From the NCBI GenBank assembly GCA_021413925.1, contig JAIOPL010000023.1, positions 13,640-77,639 on the forward strand: a DNA stretch of 64,000 nt, read 5' to 3'. The stretch is from Verrucomicrobiota bacterium. GTDB taxonomy: Bacteria > Verrucomicrobiota > Verrucomicrobiia > Chthoniobacterales > UBA6821. Made by a program: the position numbers and the translations under genes. Below are positions 17,179 to 26,278 of this stretch, one piece after another (the first letter of the stretch is position 1; each line of letters starts with the position of its first letter). The notes under the pieces were generated by a model. The model was not told the origin of the DNA, did not search any database, and worked only from the letters and a program-made list of their open reading frames with translations.

Positions 17179-18249
17179 CTAGGCCAGTCGGTTGATGCAG
17201 TTCAGATCCTCGAATGAGGAGATGAGGCGCTTTGTGAAGGAATCCTCGGCCGCACCTACCCAGATGCGGGGATCATAGTATTTCTTATTCGGGGAATCGG
17301 CACCGCTTGGGTTGCCGATTTGACCCTGTAGGTAATCGTGGTTCTGGGACTCATAGGCGCGGATCCCATCCCAGAAAGCCCACTGCAAGTCGGTGTCGAG
17401 GTTCATTTTGATGGCGCCATAGCCGATAGCCTCGCGGATCTCCTCGCGGGTGGATCCCGAGCCACCATGGAAGACAAAGTTCACGGGCTTGGGTCCCGTG
17501 CCGAGGGTCTTTTCAATGTAGTCCTGCGAGTCCTTGAGGATGGAAGGCTTGAGCTTTACATTACCAGGCTTGTAGACGCCGTGAACATTGCCAAAGGCAG
17601 CCGCGACGGTGAAGTTAGGGCTGATCTTTCCAAGCGTGGTATAGGCCAAGGCGACCTCCTCGGGCTGGGTATAGAGCTTCGACTCTTCCACTCCGGAATT
17701 GTCGACTCCATCTTCCTCGCCGCCAGTGACTCCCAGTTCGATCTCAAGGGTCATTCCCATTTTAGCCATCCGCTCGAGATACTTGGCGCAGATCTCAATA
17801 TTCTCATGCAAGGGCTCCTCGGAGAGGTCGAGCATGTGGGAGCTGTAGAGCGGCTTGCCGGTCTTCGCAAACTGCTCCTCACCGGCCTCAAGCATGCCGT
17901 CAACCCAAGGGAGAAGTTTTTTTGCGCAATGGTCGGTATTGAGGATGACCGGAACCCCATAGGCCTTTGCAGCAGCATTCACATAGTGGGCTCCGGCGAT
18001 TCCGCCGAGGATGGAACCAGCCTGCCCCTCCTTGGTGATCCCCTTACCGATGAAGAAATGGGCTCCACCATTGGAGAACTGGACCATGACAGGGGAATTC
18101 ACTTTCCGGGCAGCAGCCAGCGTGGCGTTGACCGAGCTGGTGCCGATGCAGTTGACGGCAGGTAGTGCGAACTCATTCGCCTTGGCGTGATCCAGCAGTT
18201 CCTTGACCTCTTCGCCGAAAAGGACTCCGGTACGAAATTGTTTACTCAT
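17179..18249 (-). CDS. fbaA: fructose-bisphosphate aldolase, class II
   Basis: 356 aa. ALPAVNCIGTSSVNA, LNTDHC, GGEEDGVDN and NFVFHGGSGS are typical of long class II FBA. Confidence 0.9.
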   Translation of the reverse strand: MSKQFRTGVLFGEEVKELLDHAKANEFALPAVNCIGTSSVNATLAAARKVNSPVMVQFSNGGAHFFIGKGITKEGQAGSILGGIAGAHYVNAAAKAYGVPVILNTDHCAKKLLPWVDGMLEAGEEQFAKTGKPLYSSHMLDLSEEPLHENIEICAKYLERMAKMGMTLEIELGVTGGEEDGVDNSGVEESKLYTQPEEVALAYTTLGKISPNFTVAAAFGNVHGVYKPGNVKLKPSILKDSQDYIEKTLGTGPKPVNFVFHGGSGSTREEIREAIGYGAIKMNLDTDLQWAFWDGIRAYESQNHDYLQGQIGNPSGADSPNKKYYDPRIWVGAAEDSFTKRLISSFEDLNCINRLA

Positions 18250-18399
18250 AGTATGGTTGGTGTTGGTTGTGGTTGGTTGACGGATTGAGCCCTCGCTTTT
18301 CAGCCGTGGATGATACCTCCGAGAGTGCTATCTCGGAAACAGCAGAAATCATTCCAACTCGGTTCTTTCCTCCTAGGTTACTTATCAGAATTGAACGGA

Positions 18400-18987
18400 C
18401 TACCTGCGGGAATCCACTAGTACGCACTGCATGCCCGCAGCTTCCGCTGACTGGCGTCCGATTTCGGTATCCTCGAAGACAAGACATCCCGAGGGATCGA
18501 CACCGAGGCGTCGGGCCGCCTCCAGATAGGGGTCAGGAGAGGGCTTGCCGTTCTTGTAATCCTCGGACGTGACAATTGCGTCAAAGAGATGGGTCAACCC
18601 GAGCCCCTCTAGAGTAGCGTGAACCGACTTGCGCCCACCGCCGGAAGCCACGGCAAGCGGTTTCTTACCGTGCAGGGAGCGTGCGATTGCAACAACGGCA
18701 TCGATCGGTTGAACGCTGGGAAGAAGCTGATGGTATAGCCCCTCCTTATGGTGAACCAGAAGAGCCGGGTCCATAAACAGCCCCTGCATCTCGTTGAGCG
18801 CCTCGACGATCTCGCGGGTGGGACGCCCTCCCCAGCTATAGTAAAGATCCTCGGGCAGATCAGCCCCATGCGGCTCGAGAGCCATCTTCCAGGCGTCGTA
18901 GTGGAGACCCATCGTGTCGGCGAGAGTGCCGTCGCAGTCGAAAATATAGGCGTCGAAATCACGCTCGGGAAGTTGAAGGAATTGCAT
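18400..18987 (-). CDS. HAD-superfamily hydrolase (beta-phosphoglucomutase-like subfamily)
   Basis: Motif I is YIFDCDGTLADT and motif IV is VFEDTEIG. I chose the start at ATG 18987. Confidence 0.8.
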   Translation of the reverse strand: MQFLQLPERDFDAYIFDCDGTLADTMGLHYDAWKMALEPHGADLPEDLYYSWGGRPTREIVEALNEMQGLFMDPALLVHHKEGLYHQLLPSVQPIDAVVAIARSLHGKKPLAVASGGGRKSVHATLEGLGLTHLFDAIVTSEDYKNGKPSPDPYLEAARRLGVDPSGCLVFEDTEIGRQSAEAAGMQCVLVDSRR

Positions 18988-19077
18988 CCAGCAGTGGTAA
19001 TCGGTCTCTTTCCGTTTGACGAAAAAAAAGAGCTTCAGCATTCTAAAGGATCAGTCCCGTTATGGGGCGAAGCTTCT

Positions 19078-19554
19078 ATGCGCCACACCATCTCCATCCT
19101 CGTCGAAAACAAATTCGGTGTCCTCACCCGTATCGCCGGAATGTTCAGCGGACGCGGTTTCAATATCGACACTCTGAACGTCGGCCCGACTCTAGACCCC
19201 GAGACATCCCGCATGACCATCGTGGTCCGCGGAGACGACAAGGTGCTGGATCAGGTCAACAAGCAACTCGACAAGCTCGTGAACGTCATCAGCGTCGAAG
19301 ACTTCGGCGAGTCGGACTATGTCGACCGCGAGCTCGTTCTTATCCGCGTGAAGGCCGACGCCAAAGCGCGCGGGGAGATCATGCAGATCTGCGACATCTT
19401 TCGCGCCAAAATCATCGACGTTCAGCCGAAGCGCCTCGCCATCGAGGTCACCGGCTCCGAGAGCAAAATCGACAAGTTCCTTGCCCTAATGGGTCCGTTT
19501 GGAATCACTGAACTGACTCGCACCGGCAAGATCGCCCTCGCACGCTCGAAGTGA
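19078..19554 (+). CDS. ilvN: acetolactate synthase small (regulatory) subunit
   Basis: MRHTISILVENKFGVLTRIAGMFSGRGFNIDTLNVGPT is an ACT domain. The ATG is at 19078. No ilvB gene is adjacent. Confidence 0.9.
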   Translation: MRHTISILVENKFGVLTRIAGMFSGRGFNIDTLNVGPTLDPETSRMTIVVRGDDKVLDQVNKQLDKLVNVISVEDFGESDYVDRELVLIRVKADAKARGEIMQICDIFRAKIIDVQPKRLAIEVTGSESKIDKFLALMGPFGITELTRTGKIALARSK

Positions 19555-19565
19555 CTCAGAAAAAA

Positions 19566-19650
19566 GTGAAGGGTTAAAAGGTAAGGCTCCCGACACTTCC
19601 CTATAACCTATCACCCATCACCTATTCCCTATAACCTATCACCCATCACC
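19566..19650. repeat. hairpin-like element containing a 2x 26-bp direct repeat (28-bp period), families 2 and 3
   Basis: TTCCCTATAACCTATCACCCATCACC occurs at 19597-19622 and again at 19625-19650. The arm GTGAAGGGTTAAAAGGTAAGG (19566-19586) is partly complementary to it. Confidence 0.6.
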
Positions 19651-19666
19651 AAAAAACCACCAACCC

Positions 19667-20692
19667 ATGCCCGCTAAAATCTACACCTGCAAAGATGCCG
19701 ACCTGAAGTTCTTCAAAGGAAAAACCTGTGCCGTGATCGGCTTCGGTTCCCAGGGACACGCCCATGCCCTCAACCTCAAGGAGAGCGGCGTCAAGGTCAT
19801 CATCGGCCTCTACCCTAAGAGCAAGAGCAGAGCTGTCGCCAAGAAACTCGGCTTCGAGGTTTTTGACACGGCCGATGCAGTCAAGAAGGCCGACGTGGTC
19901 TTTGTGGCTGTTCCCGATCTCACAATCCCTGAGGTCTACGAGAAGGATATCGCTCCGAATCTCCACTCGGGCCACACTCTCCTCTTCAGCCACGGCTTCG
20001 CGATCCACTTCAAGACGATCCAGCCGCCCAAGCATGTCGACATTATCATGGTCGCTCCCAAGGGGCCCGGTCACACCGTCCGCCGCCAGTACCAGGAAGG
20101 AAAGGGTGTCCCCACACTCATCGCCATCCACCAGAACAAGAGCGGCAATGCTAAAAAGACCGCCCTCACCTGGGCCAAGGTCATCGGCGGCACACGCGGC
20201 GGCGTCTTCGAGACCACCTTCCAAGAAGAGACCGAGACCGATCTCTTCGGCGAGCAGGCCGTTCTCTGTGGTGGTACCGCAGCGCTTATTCAGGCCGGAT
20301 TCGAGACGCTGGTCGAGGCTGGATACCAGCCCGAGATGGCTTACTTCGAGGTTCTCCACGAACTCAAGCTGATCGTCGACATGATCAACGAGTCTGGCAT
20401 CAGCGGCATGCGCTTCTCGATCTCCGAGACCGCGAAGTACGGCGACATCGTCGTCGGACCCAAGGTCATCGATGCCTCCGTGAAGAAGCGTATGAAGAGC
20501 GCCCTTAAGGACATTCAGTCCGGCAAGTTCGCCAAGGATTGGATCGCGGAAGCCAAAGGCGGCAAGAAGAAATATAACGCCCTCCTCAAGGCCGGCGAGA
20601 AACACCCCATTGAGAAGGTGGGAGACCAGCTCCGTTCCCGCATGTCCTGGATCAAGAAGAAGAACATCAAGGGAGCCCAAGCCGCTTACTAA
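19667..20692 (+). CDS. ilvC: ketol-acid reductoisomerase (class I)
   Basis: CAVIGFGSQGHAHALNLKESG...GHTLLFSHGF...LFGEQAVLCGG. Confidence 0.95.
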   Translation: MPAKIYTCKDADLKFFKGKTCAVIGFGSQGHAHALNLKESGVKVIIGLYPKSKSRAVAKKLGFEVFDTADAVKKADVVFVAVPDLTIPEVYEKDIAPNLHSGHTLLFSHGFAIHFKTIQPPKHVDIIMVAPKGPGHTVRRQYQEGKGVPTLIAIHQNKSGNAKKTALTWAKVIGGTRGGVFETTFQEETETDLFGEQAVLCGGTAALIQAGFETLVEAGYQPEMAYFEVLHELKLIVDMINESGISGMRFSISETAKYGDIVVGPKVIDASVKKRMKSALKDIQSGKFAKDWIAEAKGGKKKYNALLKAGEKHPIEKVGDQLRSRMSWIKKKNIKGAQAAY

Positions 20693-20713
20693 GGAATAAT
20701 CCTTTCAAAAAGA

Positions 20714-20754
20714 GGGGCGCCCAGAAGGAATCTTCTGGACGCCCCCTTTTTTTT
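20714..20754 (+). terminator. rho-independent terminator after ilvC
   Basis: The stem is GGGGCGCCCAGAAG / CTTCTGGACGCCCC (13 of 14 bp paired) with a GAAT loop, followed by T8. Confidence 0.8.
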
Positions 20755-20773
20755 GCTCCGAACTAGCGCCACC

Positions 20774-21838
20774 ATGATCAACGAAATCAAAAATTACCTT
20801 GGAGCAGAGGCTGACTCCCTTCTCAACCACCAGTGCAAGACGGTCTCCAAGGATCTTCTTCACCTTCCGGGCCCTGATTTCGTGGACCGCATCCACATCG
20901 CTAGCGATCGCAATCCCCGCGTCCTCGCCAACCTCCAGCGCATGTATGGCACAGGACGTCTGGCCAACACCGGCTACCTTTCCATCCTTCCTGTCGATCA
21001 AGGCATCGAGCATTCCGCTGGAGCGAGCTTTGCCAAGAACCCGATCTACTTCGATCCCGAAAACATCGTGAAGCTTGCCATCGAGGGGGGCTGCAATGCG
21101 GTGGCCTCGACCTTTGGCGTTCTTGGTTCTGTGGCCCGGAAGTACGCGCACCACATCCCCTTCCTGGTCAAGGTGAACCATAACGAGCTCCTCACCTACC
21201 CCAATGTCGCCCGCGAGATCATGTTCGGTACGATCGATGAGGCTTATGACATGGGTGCGGCCGCCATCGGCGCGACCATCTACTTCGGCGGCGAGGATGC
21301 CAGTCACGAGATCATCCAAGTGGCCGAGGCCTTCCACCATGCCCACGAGCTTGGCATGGCGACCGTTCTTTGGTGCTACCTCCGCAATGATGCCTTCAAG
21401 AAAGACAAGGATTACCACCTCTCGGCTGATCTCACCGGTCAGGCCAACCACCTTGGCGTCACCATCGAGGCCGACATCATTAAACAGAAACTTCCCGAGA
21501 ACAACGGCGGCTACAAGGCCCTGAACACCGGCAACTCCAGCTATGGGAAACTCGACGAGCGCATCTACACCGAGCTCACCACAGATCACCCGATCGACCT
21601 CTGCCGCTACCAGGTCATTAATTGCTACATGGGTCGTTCCGGCCTCATCAACTCCGGCGGTGCCTCGGGAGCCCACGACTTCGAAGATGCCGTCAAGACA
21701 GCTGTCATCAACAAGCGCGCTGGTGGCTCGGGAATGATTTCCGGCCGTAAGGCTTTCCAGCGCCCGATGGAAGAGGGAGCCAAACTCCTCAATGCCATCC
21801 AGGATGTTTACCTCTGCCCAGAGGTCACGGTTGCCTAG
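20774..21838 (+). CDS. fbaB: fructose-bisphosphate aldolase, class I (FbaB/DhnA long type)
   Basis: About 355 aa. [20 protein letters not shown] and ADIIKQKLP are present. ATG 20774 lies just past the ilvC terminator. Confidence 0.8.
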   Translation: MINEIKNYLGAEADSLLNHQCKTVSKDLLHLPGPDFVDRIHIASDRNPRVLANLQRMYGTGRLANTGYLSILPVDQGIEHSAGASFAKNPIYFDPENIVKLAIEGGCNAVASTFGVLGSVARKYAHHIPFLVKVNHNELLTYPNVAREIMFGTIDEAYDMGAAAIGATIYFGGEDASHEIIQVAEAFHHAHELGMATVLWCYLRNDAFKKDKDYHLSADLTGQANHLGVTIEADIIKQKLPENNGGYKALNTGNSSYGKLDERIYTELTTDHPIDLCRYQVINCYMGRSGLINSGGASGAHDFEDAVKTAVINKRAGGSGMISGRKAFQRPMEEGAKLLNAIQDVYLCPEVTVA

Positions 21839-21872
21839 GGGCAACTGATGTCTGGGGGTGATGATTGCTTAA

Positions 21873-22370
21873 GTGCTCATGAGCGAGCGGTCACTGCTTG
21901 CTGCCCAAGGTTATCTTGAGCTCGGCATGGTCGAAGAGGCCCTAGCCGAGCTCGCTCCCGTTCATACCTCGTCGATTTCCGATCCGGACCCCGGCCCCGA
22001 CCCCGACCCAGACCTTATAGAACTGCGACTGCACATCCTGATGCAGGGAGAAAGATGGTCAGATGCACTCGCCTCAGCCAAGGAACTCTTGCTACTCAAT
22101 TCCTCAGCCCTCCCAGCCTATATTCACGGTGCATTCGCCCTGCATGAACTCGGGCGTACCACCGAGGCGCGTGATCTCCTTCTCAGAGGGCCGGAGGTCC
22201 TCGGGATGGATCCTACGTACCATTACAACATCGCCTGTTACGAGGCCGTCCTCGGAAACAATGAATCGGCGAAGCGAAGCCTGGAAAAAAGCTTTGCCCT
22301 CGACGAGACCTACCGTGATTTCGCGAAGCAGGATCCCGATCTTGAAGCGATCCGCTCAGAACTCGAGTAA
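21873..22370 (+). CDS. TPR-like helical repeat protein
   Basis: Helical-repeat pattern with a C-terminal YHYNIACYEAVLGN...DPDLEAIR. It contains a DPDPGPDPDPD linker. Confidence 0.6.
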   Translation: MLMSERSLLAAQGYLELGMVEEALAELAPVHTSSISDPDPGPDPDPDLIELRLHILMQGERWSDALASAKELLLLNSSALPAYIHGAFALHELGRTTEARDLLLRGPEVLGMDPTYHYNIACYEAVLGNNESAKRSLEKSFALDETYRDFAKQDPDLEAIRSELE

Positions 22371-22372
22371 GA

Positions 22373-23518
22373 ATGAGTCGATTCAATCATGATCAGACCA
22401 TGGAAAGGCTGCGCTTGGCCTTCCAGGAGATCATCGCCGAGACGTCCATAGGAGGTTGTTCACTAGCCCTCTATCAGGAGGGAAAGCAACTACTCTCCCT
22501 CCATGCGGGTGAGGCCTCTCCAGGCAGAGATTGGGAGGCTTCGACTCCCTGTCTGACCTGGTCAGCTAGCAAAGGGGTGGCGGCGGCCTGCACCCTTCAC
22601 GCACTGCAACAACAAGGGATTTCTCTGGAAACTCCTGTCTCTGCGCTCTGGCCGGAATTTGGAACCCAAGGAAAGGAGAGCGTCACTCTGGCAAAGCTGC
22701 TTTCCCACCGTTCCGGTTTGGCAGCGATCGCGCCAAAGGGATTGGGCCTCCCCATCACGGATCATGAGACTGTCTCGGCGGCTCTTGCGGCCCAGCCTCC
22801 AAATTGGAACCTCAATGAAGATGATTCGAATGGAAAGTTTGCCATGCACGGCTATGGAGCCAGAACCTTCGGCTTCCTCCTCGATGAGATCATCAGGCGT
22901 ATCACTGGCGAGACGCTCTCCTGTTATTGGAAACGAGTCTTCCAAGAACCCCTGGATCTCGACCTCTGGTTTGGCCTTCCGGAATCACACGTGGAATCAG
23001 CCGCAACGGTGATCGCCCCAAAAACACCGCCAGCTCCAGGCCCATTCTCCGAAGCCTTTGCCGATCCCGCTTCTCTCACTCGCCGCGCCCTCAGCGAACC
23101 GGGCAGCCTTCTCACTCCCTCCGTCATGAATACCGAGGCGATGAGAAGAGCCTCCATTCCATCGCTCGGCGCCATCGCTACGGCTGACTCCTTGGCCAGA
23201 TTCTATGCCCTACTGGCGGGTGATGGTAATGGATTCTTTCAACCCGAAACGCTTGCCGCTATGCGAACCCCTCTGACAAAGGGTCCTGACCGCGTGCTGA
23301 TCGACAAAACCTCCTTCTCAGCGGGATTCATGACAAACGACTATGGAGTTTACGGTTTAGGAAAAGGCTCCTTCGGTCACCCCGGTGCTGGAGGAGCCCT
23401 GGGCTTTGCCGATCCCGAGCTCGGTCTCGGTTTCGCCTTCATCCCCAGCGCCATGCATCCGGGAGCACTTCCCGGCCTCCGGACACAAAAGCTCGTCCGC
23501 GCCCTTTACGATTCCTGA
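22373..23518 (+). CDS. serine hydrolase, beta-lactamase/esterase (class C-like) family
   Basis: The S-x-x-K nucleophile motif is WSASKGV. LLSHRSGL is present, and the C-terminal region reads GHPGAGG. Confidence 0.8.
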   Translation: MSRFNHDQTMERLRLAFQEIIAETSIGGCSLALYQEGKQLLSLHAGEASPGRDWEASTPCLTWSASKGVAAACTLHALQQQGISLETPVSALWPEFGTQGKESVTLAKLLSHRSGLAAIAPKGLGLPITDHETVSAALAAQPPNWNLNEDDSNGKFAMHGYGARTFGFLLDEIIRRITGETLSCYWKRVFQEPLDLDLWFGLPESHVESAATVIAPKTPPAPGPFSEAFADPASLTRRALSEPGSLLTPSVMNTEAMRRASIPSLGAIATADSLARFYALLAGDGNGFFQPETLAAMRTPLTKGPDRVLIDKTSFSAGFMTNDYGVYGLGKGSFGHPGAGGALGFADPELGLGFAFIPSAMHPGALPGLRTQKLVRALYDS

Positions 23519-23592
23519 AGTTCTGCGTTGGTTTCCCCTACCCTTTAACTCTTGAACGCTAAATCCCAAGGATCAACAATCACTCCTTTCTG

Positions 23593-25044
23593 TTGCTTGC
23601 TCTTTTAAAAAACAAAACCTACCTGCGCTATGCCCTCATTTCATGCGCCATTGCGGTAGGATCTAGTTGGACTAATTTCGGTCATCTTTGCGGCGACGAA
23701 TATTCCCAAATCTTTGAATTTGCGGCTTGGAAACTCGGCCATGTTGACCACGCCGATCTACGACTTTGGGAGTTCGACAGTCAGATGCGACCATCCATCC
23801 AGATCTGGATGGTCGTTGCGGTTTACAAGCTGGCTGGTCTTTTCACGAACCAGGTCAATCCCTTTGCGATCAATTACATCATCTACCTTGCAAGTGGGAT
23901 TCTTTCGATCGCCTCGATCCTGGTGTTCACGAATGCATTCATCCACAGGGTAAAAGAAGATTACCGAGATTATTTTGTCCTTCTAAGTCTCTTCACCTGG
24001 CTGGTTCTCTACTCCAACACCCATTTTAACTCGGAGAATATTTGCGGCCACCTACTCCTAATGGCTGTGGGTTTGTTTTACGGGAACCTTCAGAAAACCG
24101 GCCGCATTCTTCCAATTATAGCTGCCGGAATCCTCTTGGGACTCTCATTTTCGTGTCGCTTCCAAGTCGGCTTTGCGATCCTTGGTCTGATCACATGGTT
24201 TTTCATCAACTCGTGGAAAAGGAAAACATTCGTCCCTTGGATCCTCCTTTTCGCAAGTCTCCTTCTTTCTATCTCCATTTTTACCATCCTAGCGGATTAT
24301 TTCTTTTACGGCCGTTTCGTCCTGAGTCCTTATAATTACTACTATCAGAATATTGCCACGGGCACGATGAACCGTGCTTCGGGAGTCTCGCCCTGGTTTG
24401 CATATCTTTTCATGGTGTCGATCTACCTGCCCTTCGGACCCCTCTATGTCTTGGCGACCATCCGTCAGACCATCAGGTTTCCCCTCGATATTCTGACCAG
24501 CATCATTGTCCCGTTCGTGCTCTTCCATTGCATGATTGGACATAAAGAAATCCGCTTCCTGCTCCCGATGCTGGGATTCATGCCGATCTTCATGATGGGA
24601 ACCCTCGACGAACTGGTGAATCGCTTCCGTTATTTGCAGAAAAATTTGCCTTTGATCGTACGGGTCTTCTGGACAGTGAACATCATCGCCTGCTTCAGCA
24701 TACTTATTCCGGCGGCCACGGAAATCGGTGCTTGGCGCTATCTTTACGATCATTATAGGAAGCCGACTCTCCTTTATTACCAGGGAAGCGATCACCAGAA
24801 GCTCCTTTATTACAGAAGACCCAACCTTCGCGTTATCGTTTGCAAAGAGGGCGATCCGACACCATGCCCCTCAGGCTTTAATGCCTTGCTTGCAATCGAT
24901 GCGAGAAGCAAGAAGCCAAAACCCGACTTGCCTCAGGCATACACGTTTTTCCCATGCGGCCTAGATAAAATCCTCCCGGACACCATCAACCGCTCGATCG
25001 GTCACTTTGATATCTACGAACTCAAGAATATCGAGTCCCAGTAA
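23593..25044 (+). CDS. polytopic membrane glycosyltransferase, GT-C fold (GT22/Alg9-like mannosyltransferase type)
   Basis: At least 10 hydrophobic segments. The N-terminal loop GDEYSQIFEFAAWKLG...LWEF resembles the DE-x-F-Q...WE motif of GT22. The start is TTG. The gene is visibly more A/T-rich than its neighbours. Confidence 0.55.
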   Translation: MLALLKNKTYLRYALISCAIAVGSSWTNFGHLCGDEYSQIFEFAAWKLGHVDHADLRLWEFDSQMRPSIQIWMVVAVYKLAGLFTNQVNPFAINYIIYLASGILSIASILVFTNAFIHRVKEDYRDYFVLLSLFTWLVLYSNTHFNSENICGHLLLMAVGLFYGNLQKTGRILPIIAAGILLGLSFSCRFQVGFAILGLITWFFINSWKRKTFVPWILLFASLLLSISIFTILADYFFYGRFVLSPYNYYYQNIATGTMNRASGVSPWFAYLFMVSIYLPFGPLYVLATIRQTIRFPLDILTSIIVPFVLFHCMIGHKEIRFLLPMLGFMPIFMMGTLDELVNRFRYLQKNLPLIVRVFWTVNIIACFSILIPAATEIGAWRYLYDHYRKPTLLYYQGSDHQKLLYYRRPNLRVIVCKEGDPTPCPSGFNALLAIDARSKKPKPDLPQAYTFFPCGLDKILPDTINRSIGHFDIYELKNIESQ

Positions 25045-25144
25045 GAGGACTCATACAATCGTTGCGATCGCGTACCGTGTATCCGATCAAGACTCCTTGG
25101 CTCAAACCCTTTACGGAATACATACTGGCGAATAAACTCCCAGT

Positions 25145-25528
25145 ATGAGCGAAGCGTTGAGCCCACAAACTTCTCCAACCCCTTGGAAGATAGGGAATGA
25201 AAAGCTCTGCCGCGTGACCGACGCAGCATCCAACCGTCTCACTTCCCTGCTCACCAAGCAGGGGCGTACCAACGGAGCCCTCCGAGTTGCCGTGATTGGG
25301 GGCGGATGTTCAGGACTCCAGTACAAGATGGATCTCGTCGATGGTCCGGTGCCGCGCGATATCCTCGTCCCCTCCAAGGGAGTGAACATCGTCATCGATC
25401 CGAAGAGTGCCCTCTTTGTCAGCGGCTCAGAGCTCGACTACAGCGATGATCTCCAAAAAGGGGGGTTCAAGGTGACCAATCCCAACGCCGTCGCCCACTG
25501 CTCCTGCGGCGAAAGCTTTTCCGCTTAA
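25145..25528 (+). CDS. iscA: IscA/HesB/ErpA-family Fe-S cluster insertion protein
   Basis: ALRVAVIGGGCSGLQY and the C-terminal CSCGESF. Confidence 0.9.
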   Translation: MSEALSPQTSPTPWKIGNEKLCRVTDAASNRLTSLLTKQGRTNGALRVAVIGGGCSGLQYKMDLVDGPVPRDILVPSKGVNIVIDPKSALFVSGSELDYSDDLQKGGFKVTNPNAVAHCSCGESFSA

Positions 25529-25537
25529 CTTTTGAAT

Positions 25538-25620
25538 CACAGGGATGAAGGGGATGAAGAAGATAGTTAGAAGCAGATCATCTATTTTACCCAATCCCTT
25601 TTATCCCCTTCATCCCTGTG
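25538..25620. repeat. palindromic repeat, family 1, copy 2 (83 bp)
   Basis: CACAGGGATGAAGGGGATGAAGAAGATA ... ATCCCTTTTATCCCCTTCATCCCTGTG. Confidence 0.9.
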
Positions 25621-25633
25621 AGTTTTTCCTCCG

Positions 25634-26176
25634 ATGGATCCCTTTGCACTTCTAGCTCTTCCTAAACGGCCACTTTTATCCGAAGAGGAGATCGGATCGG
25701 CCTATCGGAAACTGGCAGGAGAGTCCCATCCGGACCAGAGCGGTGGTGATGCAGTTCGCTTCCGTGAATTCAGTGAAGCAGCCGCAATCCTGCGGGACCC
25801 GGCGCGACGTCTCCGCCAGCTTTCCAGTTCTTCCGGTGGATCGCTGCTTCCACCAGAAGCAGCCCAACTTTTCCCTCAGATTGCAATGCTACTACAGCAG
25901 GCAGACAACCTGATTGAAAAACAAGCCGCAGTCTCCAATGCCCTGGCCAAGGCTCTATTGGCTGCTCCGCTGAAGAATCTGAGGACTGATCTCGAATCTA
26001 CCCTAAATCAAATCCAGGAATGGAGGATCTCCCTGGACCAGGAGCTCGCTGAACTCGACATCCGATGGCCCGAGTATGATCCGAATGCCATTAGCCTCCT
26101 TGCTGACGCGTATGCCTATGCAAGCCGTTGGGAAAGCCAACTCAGAGAGAGAATGCTGTCTCTTGATTGTATTTGA
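25634..26176 (+). CDS. hscB: J-domain co-chaperone, HscB-like
   Basis: The J-domain carries the HPD motif (YRKLAGESHPDQ), followed by a helical C-terminal domain. It sits between iscA and hscA. Confidence 0.75.
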   Translation: MDPFALLALPKRPLLSEEEIGSAYRKLAGESHPDQSGGDAVRFREFSEAAAILRDPARRLRQLSSSSGGSLLPPEAAQLFPQIAMLLQQADNLIEKQAAVSNALAKALLAAPLKNLRTDLESTLNQIQEWRISLDQELAELDIRWPEYDPNAISLLADAYAYASRWESQLRERMLSLDCI

Positions 26177-26178
26177 TT

Positions 26179-26261
26179 CACAAGGATGAAGGGGATGAAG
26201 GAGATATTATCCAATCGATCAGCTCTTTCTCATCATCCCTTTTATCCCATTCATCCCTGTG
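26179..26261. repeat. palindromic repeat, family 1, copy 3 (83 bp)
   Basis: CACAAGGATGAAGGGGATGAAGGAGATA ... ATCCCTTTTATCCCATTCATCCCTGTG. Confidence 0.9.
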
Positions 26262-26278
26262 ATTAGAATTACCTCCAA

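Noticed and set aside
21960-22010. The DPDPGPDPDPD-encoding GAC/CCC repeat in the TPR gene, considered as a possible phase-variable tract.
   Set aside because: It is a short, in-frame, imperfect low-complexity linker. The nucleotide units are not identical, so slippage is unlikely.
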